Numbered from the stretch's first letter, positions 1 to 9,062 are shown. The stretch: DNA of 24,645 nucleotides from a virus (IMGVR_UViG_3300028557_000185:1-24645), one strand, 5' to 3'. Translations and numbers: made by a program. The notes: generated by a model not told the origin, from the letters alone.

Positions 1-119
1 TTTTGCTCAATAAGCGGAATGGCTATGTATGCCGGAATCAATCCATCGTTCAAAGCGCTTTGCAATTGCTGGATGCTATAGCGCCCAGGGTTAGCCATGA
101 TCTGTTGTGCAATGCTCAT
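1..119 (-). CDS. 5' part of a hypothetical protein (probable internal virion/ejection protein), runs off the window
   Basis: ATG at 119-117 overlaps the upstream TGA (ATGA). Open frame to the window edge: MSIAQQIMANPGRYSIQQLQSALNDGLIPAYIAIPLIEQ. Confidence 0.7.
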   Translation of the reverse strand, partial: MSIAQQIMANPGRYSIQQLQSALNDGLIPAYIAIPLIEQ

Positions 120-2425
120 GCCCGGCCTCCCTTCATAGCGCGTCGTAGCGCCAACGCTTCAATCCCGCGCTCTTTAATCTTGCCGCCTTTCTTTTTCTGA
201 CTAGCGCCATATGCAATAGAACCAAGACCGGCTAACTGACCGCCAATACTAGGCGACGCAGAATACTGAGAAACAGTAGTCGTAGGCGTCATGTAGCCAC
301 GGATCAAACCACTGTATTGGGACATACGCTGGAACGGGTTCTCTTGCGCCATCGCGTAGTTCTGGACCGCTTGATTGATGATCTGCTGTTCGCGGTCTTG
401 CTGTGCTGCACCCATCTGTGACTGGAAGCCCATGCGCGACAAGTCAGCCGCCTGCTGTGCGGTACCAATGTTTGCCAAGTTTGTGCCTGCTTGACCTGCC
501 AATCCATATCCAGCCTGCGCACCAGTGACTCCCTGCAGTCCAACCTGAGCGCCCTGCATACCTTGAGCGGTGCCTTGAAGACCAACTCCGGCTCCTTGAA
601 GACCGAGCTGCCCGGCATTGATGGCTTGTCCGACCCCCTGAAGCCCGAGTCCAGCACCCTGCATGCTTTGCCCAGTACCAGCCAAAGCGGATTGAATGCC
701 TTGTTGTTCCAATTGTCCTGCGGCCAAAGCCCTATCAGCCGCTGATAATCCAAATTGGGCACCCTGCATACCCTGAGCGGTACCAGCCAACCCACGGTCA
801 GCACCAGACAGGTCAAGCTGCCCAGAGGCAAGCGCTCTATCAACGCCAGACAGTCCAACCTGAGCGCCCTGCATACCCTGAGCGGTGCCAGCAAGTTGAC
901 GATCGATGCCAGCCAATCCGGCTTGTGCACCCTGGATGCCTGTTTGTGCACCCTGGATACCCACACCATACAACTGGCCGGCTTGGCCAAGCCCTTGAAG
1001 GCCCATTCCAGCACCAGAGATACCGGCCTGTTGACCTGCAATAGCCTGTCCAATACCGGACAGACCCAGTTGACCACCTTGAAGGGCAGTACCAAGTCCC
1101 GATTGTGCTGCCTGCAATCCAGCCAAACCTTGGCCAGTACCGTATTGCATAGATTGTATGGCCTGGTTGTACGCCGACTGCAGCCCTTGCGCACGAATAG
1201 TATCAAGTTGTGTGTTAAGCGCGCGATCTGCTTCGGCTCTTTGAACGGCTTCCCGACCACCACCAAAAGCTCCGGCGCGGGTGGCTTGGGATTGAAGCTG
1301 AGTGCGCTGAATTGCAGCGTTTCGGCGTGCCGCTTCTTCTTGATTTTGAACCACCGACTCCATGTACGGAGACATGTAGCGCTGTACAGAAAAAGGATCT
1401 GTGGCTTGAGCTGCATAACCTTGACCAGTTAGTGCAGCCTGGCGAGCAAACTGCCGGGCTTCTTCGCCTACGTCACGGCCATAGTCTTGAGCAGCAAGTG
1501 CCATTTCGCCAATATTGGCCGCACGTCCACCATACCCCGCGCCCATGCCGCCATACATTTGTGCTTGATTGGCGAGAGCAGCAGCTTGCGCTCCGTAGCC
1601 GGCGCCTTGAGCGCCATATCCAGCACCCATTTCTCCGAATCGCTGACCACCTTGAATACCAAGTTGCTGCCCCATCATTCCCGACTGGAATCCAGCATTC
1701 CCATATCCATAGGCTGCCTGTTCCGCTTGCTGGGCACGCTCAGCCGCTCGCTGTGCAGCCTGAAGGCCAACCTGCTGCCCTAGCGCTCCAGCGCCCTGCC
1801 CCATCATGGCCGACTGCATCGCTATGTCGGTTGCTAGATTGGCCCGTGAGGAGGCTTGTTGTGCCCCCATTCTGCCAATATTTTCACCACGCATACCGGC
1901 CTCTTGACCTTGCGCTCCATACCCATATGATGCGTTTTGCGCTTGTGCTGCCTGCATTGCAGCTACATCAGCCGCGCTCATGCCGAGGTTTTGGCCTGCC
2001 ATGCCAGATTGGAACCCGGCGCCACCATACATATTGGCATCTTGAGCACTACGCAAACCACCCATACCCGCCAAGCCAGCAAGTTGAGTTGCGTCTTGAA
2101 ACTGCCCCGGCCGCTGCATACCAGCAGCCTCACGGAAAACAGCCTCTTGTTGCGGAGAAAACCCAGCTACGTAATCTTGAGCACGGGTGCTGTATGGGGT
2201 GTACGGCTTAACACCCGTGATGTTGCCTTCGCTATTAACGCTAAAAAACTCAGGAATAGCACCGGCAATAAGATTTAGAGCGGCAGGCTCAAGGGCCGCA
2301 TTAAGATTACTTGTGTAAGTAGTCGTGCTAGACGGCCCACCGCCGCCCCCTTCAAGGGTCATGCCATACTTGCTATGGGGTTGAAATGCCCGTTCGGGCA
2401 ACATGTCTAGATGGTCATATCTCAT
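116..2425 (-). CDS. Gly/Gln/Ala-rich putative internal virion (DNA ejection/pilot) protein, 769 aa
   Basis: Long ORF with ATGA overlaps at both ends. Short leader then GGGGG, G-x-Q-G heptad repeats, a predicted helical segment (SPYMESVV...AFGGGREAV) and a basic C-terminus. It follows a GNAT-like gene, as P22 gp7 follows gp14. Confidence 0.7.
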   Translation of the reverse strand: MRYDHLDMLPERAFQPHSKYGMTLEGGGGGPSSTTTYTSNLNAALEPAALNLIAGAIPEFFSVNSEGNITGVKPYTPYSTRAQDYVAGFSPQQEAVFREAAGMQRPGQFQDATQLAGLAGMGGLRSAQDANMYGGAGFQSGMAGQNLGMSAADVAAMQAAQAQNASYGYGAQGQEAGMRGENIGRMGAQQASSRANLATDIAMQSAMMGQGAGALGQQVGLQAAQRAAERAQQAEQAAYGYGNAGFQSGMMGQQLGIQGGQRFGEMGAGYGAQGAGYGAQAAALANQAQMYGGMGAGYGGRAANIGEMALAAQDYGRDVGEEARQFARQAALTGQGYAAQATDPFSVQRYMSPYMESVVQNQEEAARRNAAIQRTQLQSQATRAGAFGGGREAVQRAEADRALNTQLDTIRAQGLQSAYNQAIQSMQYGTGQGLAGLQAAQSGLGTALQGGQLGLSGIGQAIAGQQAGISGAGMGLQGLGQAGQLYGVGIQGAQTGIQGAQAGLAGIDRQLAGTAQGMQGAQVGLSGVDRALASGQLDLSGADRGLAGTAQGMQGAQFGLSAADRALAAGQLEQQGIQSALAGTGQSMQGAGLGLQGVGQAINAGQLGLQGAGVGLQGTAQGMQGAQVGLQGVTGAQAGYGLAGQAGTNLANIGTAQQAADLSRMGFQSQMGAAQQDREQQIINQAVQNYAMAQENPFQRMSQYSGLIRGYMTPTTTVSQYSASPSIGGQLAGLGSIAYGASQKKKGGKIKERGIEALALRRAMKGGRA
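527..895 (-). repeat. About 3.5 copies of a 105-nt (35-aa) coding repeat, LAGTAQGMQGAQxGL...
   Basis: ccctgcat recurs at 552, 657, 762 and 867, exactly 105 nt apart. Confidence 0.85.
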
Positions 2426-2862
2426 ATTTGCACTTCCACTAAAGTGGATACAGGTTCAAATCCTCGGCGCTTTAGCATACGCGCCACAGATTCTCGACAA
2501 TACGCTTGGACTTTTGTCGCCCCGTAGGTCTTTAACAACGCAGTGAGTTGGTAAAACTCATTTTCTCCCGTGACTAACTTCCCACCAGTCAAGGTTATAA
2601 CTGCAACCCTACTCATCGGATAATTCATAAACGAGACTGTTGCAGCTCCTTTAATTATCCCATCTTCTACTGCCACTACCAACAGCCAAGTGCCATTAGA
2701 AATAAAACTTTGCACATGGTAGATGTTGTAGCAACCATTCCAGTTTGGTACTTCTTCAACTTGCTCTTCACCTTCAAGCAAGCTTTGCTCCAAGTAGTCC
2801 CTTACTTCTGGCCATATTACAGCCAAGTAATTAGGATCTATTGCTTGCAATTTGTTAGCCAT
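2422..2862 (-). CDS. Hypothetical protein, possible GNAT-fold acyltransferase (P22 gp14/T7 gp13 position)
   Basis: Start MANKLQ at 2862 overlaps the upstream stop. Beta-rich core (WLLVVAVEDGIIKGAATV) and C-terminal VARMLKRRGF resemble GNAT motif B. Lies directly before the ejection-like gene. Confidence 0.55.
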   Translation of the reverse strand: MANKLQAIDPNYLAVIWPEVRDYLEQSLLEGEEQVEEVPNWNGCYNIYHVQSFISNGTWLLVVAVEDGIIKGAATVSFMNYPMSRVAVITLTGGKLVTGENEFYQLTALLKTYGATKVQAYCRESVARMLKRRGFEPVSTLVEVQI

Positions 2863-3838
2863 CCAGCAGCCCGGCAATTCCCGTATCTACATCACCACCT
2901 TTAGCGTATGCATACACTGGCTCGCGCGGGGGATTAATACCAATACGCCCGCCAAACCTAGGCGGAAGAACGCGTGGCATGCCGCCCATTCCACCAAAAC
3001 CCATGAACGGATTAAACCCACCATACGGGTTCATCTGACCACCAAACGGGCCTTGGAATCCTTGAGGCTGGTAGTTTTGATAGCGGCTCAAATAAATTGG
3101 CTGAAAAAACTGTTGCGACTGAATGTTTTGACCATTCCCTCCCGCCTGCGGAGAGTAGGGCACAAATACCTGACGAGTGCGGGGGTCATACCCCTCTACT
3201 TCTTGATTATTAATTCCGTAGGCTGCATTTATTGCTGCCCCATAGCCGCCGCTGGAACCACCGGAGCGCCTAACCTCGTCTCCAGTTGCTTCTCGATAGT
3301 AACCCTGTTTGCCATCCACAGTAACAAGCTCCTGACCTTGAGGGCCAGTCGTGGGCGCAGCCACCGATGCAACCGCTTGGCTAGGATTAAAAGGGCGACC
3401 AGTAGGGCCGGGACGGAATTGTTGGGTGTACGCCTGCTCGTACTGTTGCTGACGCTGAAATTCAGGAGAGCCAACAAAACCAGAAACAAGCTGTTGACCG
3501 GTAAGCCCTCGATTGGCCATCTGATCTTGCCATCCTGCTGCGCCAACATCATCAGCTGGGCGACCAAGAATACGAGAATACGCATCGCCAACAAGATTGA
3601 CTACATCACCAGGAATACCTCGTGTATCGGGGGGCGAAGCCGGCATCTGTTGAAACGGTTGTGTTTGAAAAGGGCCAGTGCCTGTTGCGCGCATTCCACC
3701 AAACATGCCGCCCAGTGAGTTTTGAATAATAGAATTAGTAAACCCACCTAAACCACGACCAGAATATTGCGCTGGCGTGGGCTGAGACATAGTCTGCCCG
3801 GTTCCCATTCCTTGAGATGAAGAGCCTCCACCAGCCAT
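2855..3838 (-). CDS. Gly/Gln/Pro-rich putative internal virion protein with a DUF4214-like segment
   Basis: SD AAGGAG upstream, MAGGG start, segment AYSRILGRPADDVGAAGW...FVGSPEF, YAKGG near the C-terminus. Confidence 0.65.
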   Translation of the reverse strand: MAGGGSSSQGMGTGQTMSQPTPAQYSGRGLGGFTNSIIQNSLGGMFGGMRATGTGPFQTQPFQQMPASPPDTRGIPGDVVNLVGDAYSRILGRPADDVGAAGWQDQMANRGLTGQQLVSGFVGSPEFQRQQQYEQAYTQQFRPGPTGRPFNPSQAVASVAAPTTGPQGQELVTVDGKQGYYREATGDEVRRSGGSSGGYGAAINAAYGINNQEVEGYDPRTRQVFVPYSPQAGGNGQNIQSQQFFQPIYLSRYQNYQPQGFQGPFGGQMNPYGGFNPFMGFGGMGGMPRVLPPRFGGRIGINPPREPVYAYAKGGDVDTGIAGLLDG

Positions 3839-3848
3839 ATTTATCTCC

Positions 3849-4844
3849 TTACGCTGGCAAGAGCTTGCGGGCTTTGCTGTCTACAGCAACGCGATTCTTG
3901 CCGGTGGTTTTGTTGCGACGAGACTGAACCCGGTTCATCATGGCGTAGAGTTGGCGAGCGCCAGCATCAGTAGAACCGTTGCCCAATTCAGACACAATAC
4001 GTGCCGGCACAACAAATTCGCCATCTGCAAGGCGAGCCGGCTGTCTACGACCAATCTGTGCGGGGATGCTGTCCGACACCCCATCGCCCGGACCTTTCAG
4101 CAAGCGCCCACCATCAGAATAAGACCCTAGATCCGAGATGCCACCACTGCGCATCATAATGACCGGGTTGCCAGGCATACGACTGGTGTTGCCCACATCC
4201 AGATCAGTGATACCCCCTCCGTTGTTATAGGCCGGACGGTAGATGCGAGGGTCAAACTTGTAGTAGGCAATATTATCCATAGCACGCCGCATTTCGGGGG
4301 AAACGGGCGGCCCATCAATCTTTCCTGGCTCAAACATTTTGGATAGAGCGGTACTGCCCGCAATACCTACCCCAATCTTTTCTCCAGTACCAAGAGCTGC
4401 ATATTTATCCATCAGCCCCTTAAGAAAATTGGGCTGCGCAGCAGCACCCGCTGTTTGTCCGACCACGTTTGCCCCGGCACCAGTAAGGCTGGGAGTAACG
4501 CCGGGGGCCACACTTTGCACAAGACTGGGGGCGCCAGTTCCGAGTCCAGAGCCAAGCGTGCCTAACCCAGACCCAGCCGCATTAGCGCCCACGCTCCCAG
4601 CTACATTAGCTCCAGCAGTGCCTACAGTATTAACTGCAGCACCAGCACCAGCACCAGAACCAGCACCAGCACCAGCACCTGCTCCACCCCCAGCACCTGC
4701 GGCACCGCCAAAGGCACCGCCAACGCCACCAAGAGCTCCGCCAAGTAGCGCGCCTTGTAGTGGATCTTTACCAGTAAGAAGAGCGCTGCCACCACCGACG
4801 GCTGCCCCAATTAGTGCTGCTTCTCCAATTCCGCCACCAGCCAT
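3849..4844 (-). CDS. Putative internal virion protein with Gly/Ala hydrophobic N-terminus and conserved C-terminal domain
   Basis: SD AGGAGG. The motif GPGDGVSDSIPA...LADGEFVVPA is common in phage tail and ejection proteins. Confidence 0.7.
   Translation of the reverse strand: MAGGGIGEAALIGAAVGGGSALLTGKDPLQGALLGGALGGVGGAFGGAAGAGGGAGAGAGAGSGAGAGAAVNTVGTAGANVAGSVGANAAGSGLGTLGSGLGTGAPSLVQSVAPGVTPSLTGAGANVVGQTAGAAAQPNFLKGLMDKYAALGTGEKIGVGIAGSTALSKMFEPGKIDGPPVSPEMRRAMDNIAYYKFDPRIYRPAYNNGGGITDLDVGNTSRMPGNPVIMMRSGGISDLGSYSDGGRLLKGPGDGVSDSIPAQIGRRQPARLADGEFVVPARIVSELGNGSTDAGARQLYAMMNRVQSRRNKTTGKNRVAVDSKARKLLPA
4637..4680 (-). repeat. (GGTGCT)n hexamer tandem encoding a Gly-Ala linker
   Basis: About 7 copies of cagcac on the + strand with one variant unit. 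Confidence 0.8.
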
Positions 4845-4867
4845 AACAACCTCCTGTAAGTGCCTAA

Positions 4868-4896
4868 ATCTTAGCGTTGTTTCCGCTTATAGTCTA
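4868..4896 (-). promoter_or_regulatory. Possible weak sigma70 promoter for the internal-protein genes
   Basis: TAGACT-N17-TAAGAT at one of the few intergenic gaps. Each box matches consensus only 4/6. Confidence 0.3.
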
Positions 4897-5226
4897 TGGC
4901 GTAACTGTTCCCGAACTGCCACTACTTGTAACGCCTGTAAGATAAACCACATTTGTTGCCGTCTTGATTCTTAGCATCTGGCTTCCAGCCTGCACGCCGT
5001 CTTGCGTATCTCTGTATACATCACCCAGTCTAAGAGTATTAAAGTCTGCTTCTGTTGGCAAAGTATTGAGATCAATATTTAATCTTGCTATGTCAATCTG
5101 CTGTACTGCGTTAATTCCAGTAAAAAACAAACGCAGAAGGTTGTTAAGCTGATCTTGATACTGCTGGCTGTATTCTTTTGGCGCCAGGGCAAGATTGGGG
5201 ACGGTTTGATTTTTGAAGAGGGGCAT
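4894..5226 (-). CDS. Hypothetical virion protein
   Basis: 110 aa ORF, TGATG-coupled to the upstream tail gene. Confidence 0.7.
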   Translation of the reverse strand: MPLFKNQTVPNLALAPKEYSQQYQDQLNNLLRLFFTGINAVQQIDIARLNIDLNTLPTEADFNTLRLGDVYRDTQDGVQAGSQMLRIKTATNVVYLTGVTSSGSSGTVTP

Positions 5227-7334
5227 CAGCGTCTGCCGTCAGGTCTGATATCGATTCGGGGCGCACCCAGCTGCCAAGTAGTCCCCACTTGATCAGATTC
5301 AATTTCAAAGATCAACTGACGCCCACGGGCACGGGTATAGATCTGCCCAGTGAACTCTTCGGTAATAACATATGTGCTGCCCTTTGTTACGTTGGCGGCG
5401 GCCGAATTCCCTGTACCAGAACCCGAGTTTTGCATCGGGTAGAGCGTCATCGTTACTTTTGGTGCATCACCGTTCGGCGCATTGCTTGAGCTTTCAAAAG
5501 TAATGTCTGGAAGGATTCTCCAAACATAACCAAAATTATGACCGTCATTTATGTCGAACTCAGATGAAGAAATGTATGCATTAATAGCGGCTGGCGTGCC
5601 CGTCTCGTTATCATCTACACCGTCTTCGTGCTGCACTAACAAATTGTTGTATGTAGCAGCAATAGGGTGCGGCAGTAGTCCAGAATCAAGCCATGCAGAA
5701 CGGCCAATGGTGCCGTAGTACCAGATATCCTCAAGGTAGTTGTAAACCACATATCGATCCGTATTGCTACTGTTGGCAGACGGATAGAACCACCATACTT
5801 CGTTGAAACCTTCGTTGGTCCCTGCGTAGACTTGCTGCGCCTGACTCATATTGAAATCAGCAAACACATGGCGCCGTAGGTCACATCTTAGTGTTTGTAC
5901 GCGGCCATCATATTTGTAGAACTTATCTACGCCCATCCAGTAGATAACCCCAGAGGCAATTACAGCCGCGTTGGGACCAATGATGGATACGTTGTCACCC
6001 AAAAGCTGGACACCCCATACCAGCGGTGCACCCAGGTATTGCATCGAGTAAAGCGCAGAGTCAGTAAAGACGTTGATTTCTTGTCTGGTTTGTATTGCCG
6101 CAACAATTTCTGACCCATGAGACAAACGCAGGCTTCCGGCTTGGTTTGTAATAGATGGAGACCAGGTGAATGGATCTTCTTGGTCGGACCACCTAATAAG
6201 CATTGGGTCAAGCACCGTGCTGCCATAGTCATTAGTGCCAAACACAATCACAAATCGTGAGCTGGCCGACACTGTGGTAGTTAGCTGGAATAGCGGGCAG
6301 TCTGCATCTGACAAATCAAACAGATCCAGCCCTCTAGAAGAAACGCGATGCGTACCAGACCCTGCGCCAGACGTTGTTATTGAAGGCCCATCGTATGTGT
6401 TGGACACCTCAAACGTATTGGCTGAAGAATTAACCACATAGTAGATATTGCCTACAGTAAGGCCAGTAGGTAGCGCTCCTGTAGTAGTAAATGTAATCGC
6501 AGTGCCGTCTCGTATTTCAAAACTAGCAGGCAACGTAATAACGGCCGGCGACGCTACGCTTATAGTGACTTGGATAGGACTTGTGCCAACCGAAGCGTAC
6601 CAGTAGTACACCCCACCGCCGCGCACGCCAAAGATGAGATCTTGGCCAAAGTTAATTTGGCTCCAAAGCTGCAACGATGTAGCGCTGGTTGATCCTACCC
6701 CCCAAGTCCCAGACCCCCATGCACCAGCGCCCCAGCCGGTCAAAGGAATTTGCTGCGCTGTCCCAGTGTTGACTTGGTATTGGGTTACAACTGAGCCGCC
6801 ACCCGGGGAGCCGGATACGTCTGTTGCGTTTGCCGTAGCTGAAACTGTGATTGTGTAGGTGTTGGCGTTTACAACGGTTACCTGAAACTCGCCCGTAAGC
6901 ACAGCTGCAGTTATGTTGCCGCCAAGACTTGTAATTCCCGAACCACTGAAGGTGACAAAATCTCCAGTAACGCAGCCGTGAGCATTGTCTGCAACAGAAA
7001 TGGTAGAAGAACTAAGGGTTGCAGTGAAAGGATTGGTTAGAGTAACCGTGCTGCGAATGGGCGTAACGTCGTTGTAGACACTGCCTTGATTGATGTAAAA
7101 CTTAAGATTGGTGCCAACACCAACCAGGCTCACATTGTCTAGCGTCACCCAGTTCCACAAAGAACGGCACGTGCCCAGATACGTTTGTGGCGAAAACTGA
7201 ACCCAGCCTCCAATTTTTTCTGGAGTCCCTTGGCGAAAGCGCACCTTGTCACACTCGTACCAGCCACCTTCATTGGTATATCGAGTGTTCTCTTTGTTAA
7301 CGCCTGGCTTCATCAGCACTTTTTGCAGGCTCAT
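5226..7334 (-). CDS. Tail nozzle / packaged-DNA stabilisation-like protein (P22 gp10-like position) with inserted beta-rich domains
   Basis: Start MSLQKV with GGAG SD. Beta-propeller-like Trp/Tyr-rich segments (IRWSDQED, EVWWFYPS, RYVVYNY) and C-terminal DIRPDGRR. Confidence 0.65.
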   Translation of the reverse strand: MSLQKVLMKPGVNKENTRYTNEGGWYECDKVRFRQGTPEKIGGWVQFSPQTYLGTCRSLWNWVTLDNVSLVGVGTNLKFYINQGSVYNDVTPIRSTVTLTNPFTATLSSSTISVADNAHGCVTGDFVTFSGSGITSLGGNITAAVLTGEFQVTVVNANTYTITVSATANATDVSGSPGGGSVVTQYQVNTGTAQQIPLTGWGAGAWGSGTWGVGSTSATSLQLWSQINFGQDLIFGVRGGGVYYWYASVGTSPIQVTISVASPAVITLPASFEIRDGTAITFTTTGALPTGLTVGNIYYVVNSSANTFEVSNTYDGPSITTSGAGSGTHRVSSRGLDLFDLSDADCPLFQLTTTVSASSRFVIVFGTNDYGSTVLDPMLIRWSDQEDPFTWSPSITNQAGSLRLSHGSEIVAAIQTRQEINVFTDSALYSMQYLGAPLVWGVQLLGDNVSIIGPNAAVIASGVIYWMGVDKFYKYDGRVQTLRCDLRRHVFADFNMSQAQQVYAGTNEGFNEVWWFYPSANSSNTDRYVVYNYLEDIWYYGTIGRSAWLDSGLLPHPIAATYNNLLVQHEDGVDDNETGTPAAINAYISSSEFDINDGHNFGYVWRILPDITFESSSNAPNGDAPKVTMTLYPMQNSGSGTGNSAAANVTKGSTYVITEEFTGQIYTRARGRQLIFEIESDQVGTTWQLGAPRIDIRPDGRR

Positions 7335-7348
7335 GCTACACTCTCCAG

Positions 7349-8098
7349 ATGGCAATTAACCAAGAACACACCATGTATGTCTACATCTGGAAGACCACTG
7401 ACGGAACTCCTTTCTATGTTGGTTTTACAAGAACCCGCCATCGCACCAACCCGCTGAATGCCGGCGGACGCAATTGGCTGTGTAAACAAAAGTTGGCCGA
7501 AGTTGGCGCTGAAAAAGTTATCATCGAACTGAGGCCTGTTACCTCCATCGAAGAAGGCACCGCACTTGAGTGCAAACTTATTGCGGAAATTGGCCGCATA
7601 CAGACCGGCACTGGGCCGCTGACCAACCTTACCTCTGGTGGAGACGGTGCTCATTCGCCAACTCCTAAACACCGAGAAATTCTGCGACAAGCAATGCTTG
7701 ATCCAAGGCACCCCGCGCGAAGCCCGGAGGCTAGGGCCAAAATTTCCAAACGCATGAAGTCACCTGATGTACAGGCGCTTTTCCTTGGTGACGCCAACCC
7801 TGCCAAGCGCCCAGAAGTGCGAGAGAAGATCAAAGCTAGGTGGGCTGACCCGGAGTACCGCGCAGCGATGTCTGCCAAAAAAGTTGGCAAACCCATACAT
7901 TCTGAAGAAGATAAAGAAGTCAGGCGCTTGAAGCTAATGGATCCAAACAACCCATTGCGCCAGTACCACAAAGTATTAAACACAGATCCAGAAATAGCTG
8001 CCAAGCGTGCTGCTACATTGCGGTTGCCAGAACAGCGCAAACGACAATCTGATGCAATGAAGGCGTATTGGGCTCGGAAGAAATTACAAACAACGTAG
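7349..8098 (+). CDS. GIY-YIG-family homing endonuclease with NUMOD3-like repeats
   Basis: N-terminal YVYIW...FYVG...R...E...LTN pattern. Repeated basic helices (SPEARAKISKRM, RPEVREKIKARW, HSEEDKEVRR). Alternative start at 7373. The only credible + strand gene. Confidence 0.75.
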   Translation: MAINQEHTMYVYIWKTTDGTPFYVGFTRTRHRTNPLNAGGRNWLCKQKLAEVGAEKVIIELRPVTSIEEGTALECKLIAEIGRIQTGTGPLTNLTSGGDGAHSPTPKHREILRQAMLDPRHPARSPEARAKISKRMKSPDVQALFLGDANPAKRPEVREKIKARWADPEYRAAMSAKKVGKPIHSEEDKEVRRLKLMDPNNPLRQYHKVLNTDPEIAAKRAATLRLPEQRKRQSDAMKAYWARKKLQTT

Positions 8099-8147
8099 CG
8101 CACCGTTCACCTCCCGCATTAAAGCAACCACGCATTGCGTAAAAGAA

Positions 8148-8621
8148 TTATTCCACAGCGCCATTTCTTAGTGCTTCGTATCCTGCTTTGCAGGCGTTGT
8201 ATTGGGCTTGGAGTCGGGCTGCGTCGGCAGCGTACCCTGCAAGAAATTCTGCATCTGGCTTTGCCAATCCCTCTCCGGTGCATCCCACAGCATTTGTGGA
8301 ATCTGCGGGCACTGAGTCTTGACGGGCTTCGGGGCGGTCGCGCAGGCTGTCAACAAGAGCGTTGTAGCGACGATTAACAATTTGGCTTTCACGAATACGC
8401 TCCTTCTGGATCTTGTCGGCTTTGGCTTGCATTCGGCGCTCTTTCTCAATTGCCTCATTGGCCTTGGCTAGCATTTCGCGTTCTTGCACTACCTTTTCAG
8501 CGTCCCACTTTTCTTGGACGTTTTCCTTACCATAAGTGTAACCCTTCCAATACGAAAAGCCGAGCATAACTAGCCCGGCCAATCCGCCCAACACCCATCG
8601 ATTCATTAGTAACCCAAGCAT
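8148..8621 (-). CDS. Rz: Inner-membrane spanin (Rz-like)
   Basis: N-terminal TM segment (WVLGGLAGLVMLGFSYW), then coiled coil with C-terminal Cys residues. Follows the endolysin. Alternative start at 8606 (TAATG). Confidence 0.8.
   Translation of the reverse strand: MLGLLMNRWVLGGLAGLVMLGFSYWKGYTYGKENVQEKWDAEKVVQEREMLAKANEAIEKERRMQAKADKIQKERIRESQIVNRRYNALVDSLRDRPEARQDSVPADSTNAVGCTGEGLAKPDAEFLAGYAADAARLQAQYNACKAGYEALRNGAVE
8168..8392 (-). CDS. Rz1: Outer-membrane spanin lipoprotein (Rz1-like), embedded in Rz
   Basis: GTG start 7 nt after AAGGAG. Signal peptide MKAKLLIVATTLLLTA-C with LTAC lipobox and Pro-rich mature part. Lies in a different frame inside Rz. Confidence 0.8.
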   Translation of the reverse strand: MKAKLLIVATTLLLTACATAPKPVKTQCPQIPQMLWDAPERDWQSQMQNFLQGTLPTQPDSKPNTTPAKQDTKH

Positions 8622-9061
8622 TTTTTAAACTCCTCTTGCCTGCGTTTTGTTAGGCCAGGTAGAGCTCGCCCTTTAAATTTATCCCAACGAAGAATCTGCT
8701 GGCAGGCTTCTTCATACTTTTGTTGGTTAAGTAGTTTGACCAGAGAGCTTTTACAGAATGCGTTTTCGCCGATGTTATAAGTTAGAGAAACGTAGGCATC
8801 AAATTCATATTGATGCATCGGCACCGGTGCACAGCGACGTACAGCGTTTTGAAATTTATTGGCATCATTAAGTAAACGGACCAGGGCGCGCTCTGGAGTA
8901 ATGCGATCCCCTATCTCTACATCTTCTGTGGTGCCAAAGCCTATGGTCGGTACGTCACCTTTTACCGGCTCGTATGCCTCACCTCGATACCCTTCATGTA
9001 CAGCAATACCCACCAGCGCGGAAGCACTGAGGGCGAGAAGAGCGGGGCTAAGGCGAGGCAT
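8606..9061 (-). CDS. Endolysin, GH24 lysozyme with SAR-type N-terminus
   Basis: Ala/Ser/Leu-rich N-terminus directly before HEG (catalytic Glu). Motifs GDVPTIGFG, FDAYVSLTYNIG and LPGLTKRRQEE. Confidence 0.9.
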   Translation of the reverse strand: MPRLSPALLALSASALVGIAVHEGYRGEAYEPVKGDVPTIGFGTTEDVEIGDRITPERALVRLLNDANKFQNAVRRCAPVPMHQYEFDAYVSLTYNIGENAFCKSSLVKLLNQQKYEEACQQILRWDKFKGRALPGLTKRRQEEFKKCLGY

Positions 9062-9062
9062 T

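Noticed and set aside
304-2278. Long alternative-frame and antisense ORFs (304-1416, 755-1432, 1312-2211)
   Set aside because: Shadows of the repetitive Gly/Gln/Ala gene, with no RBS or recognisable motifs.
4339-4974. Pro/Ala-rich + strand ORF
   Set aside because: Reverse complement of the Gly/Ala-rich gene 3849-4844.
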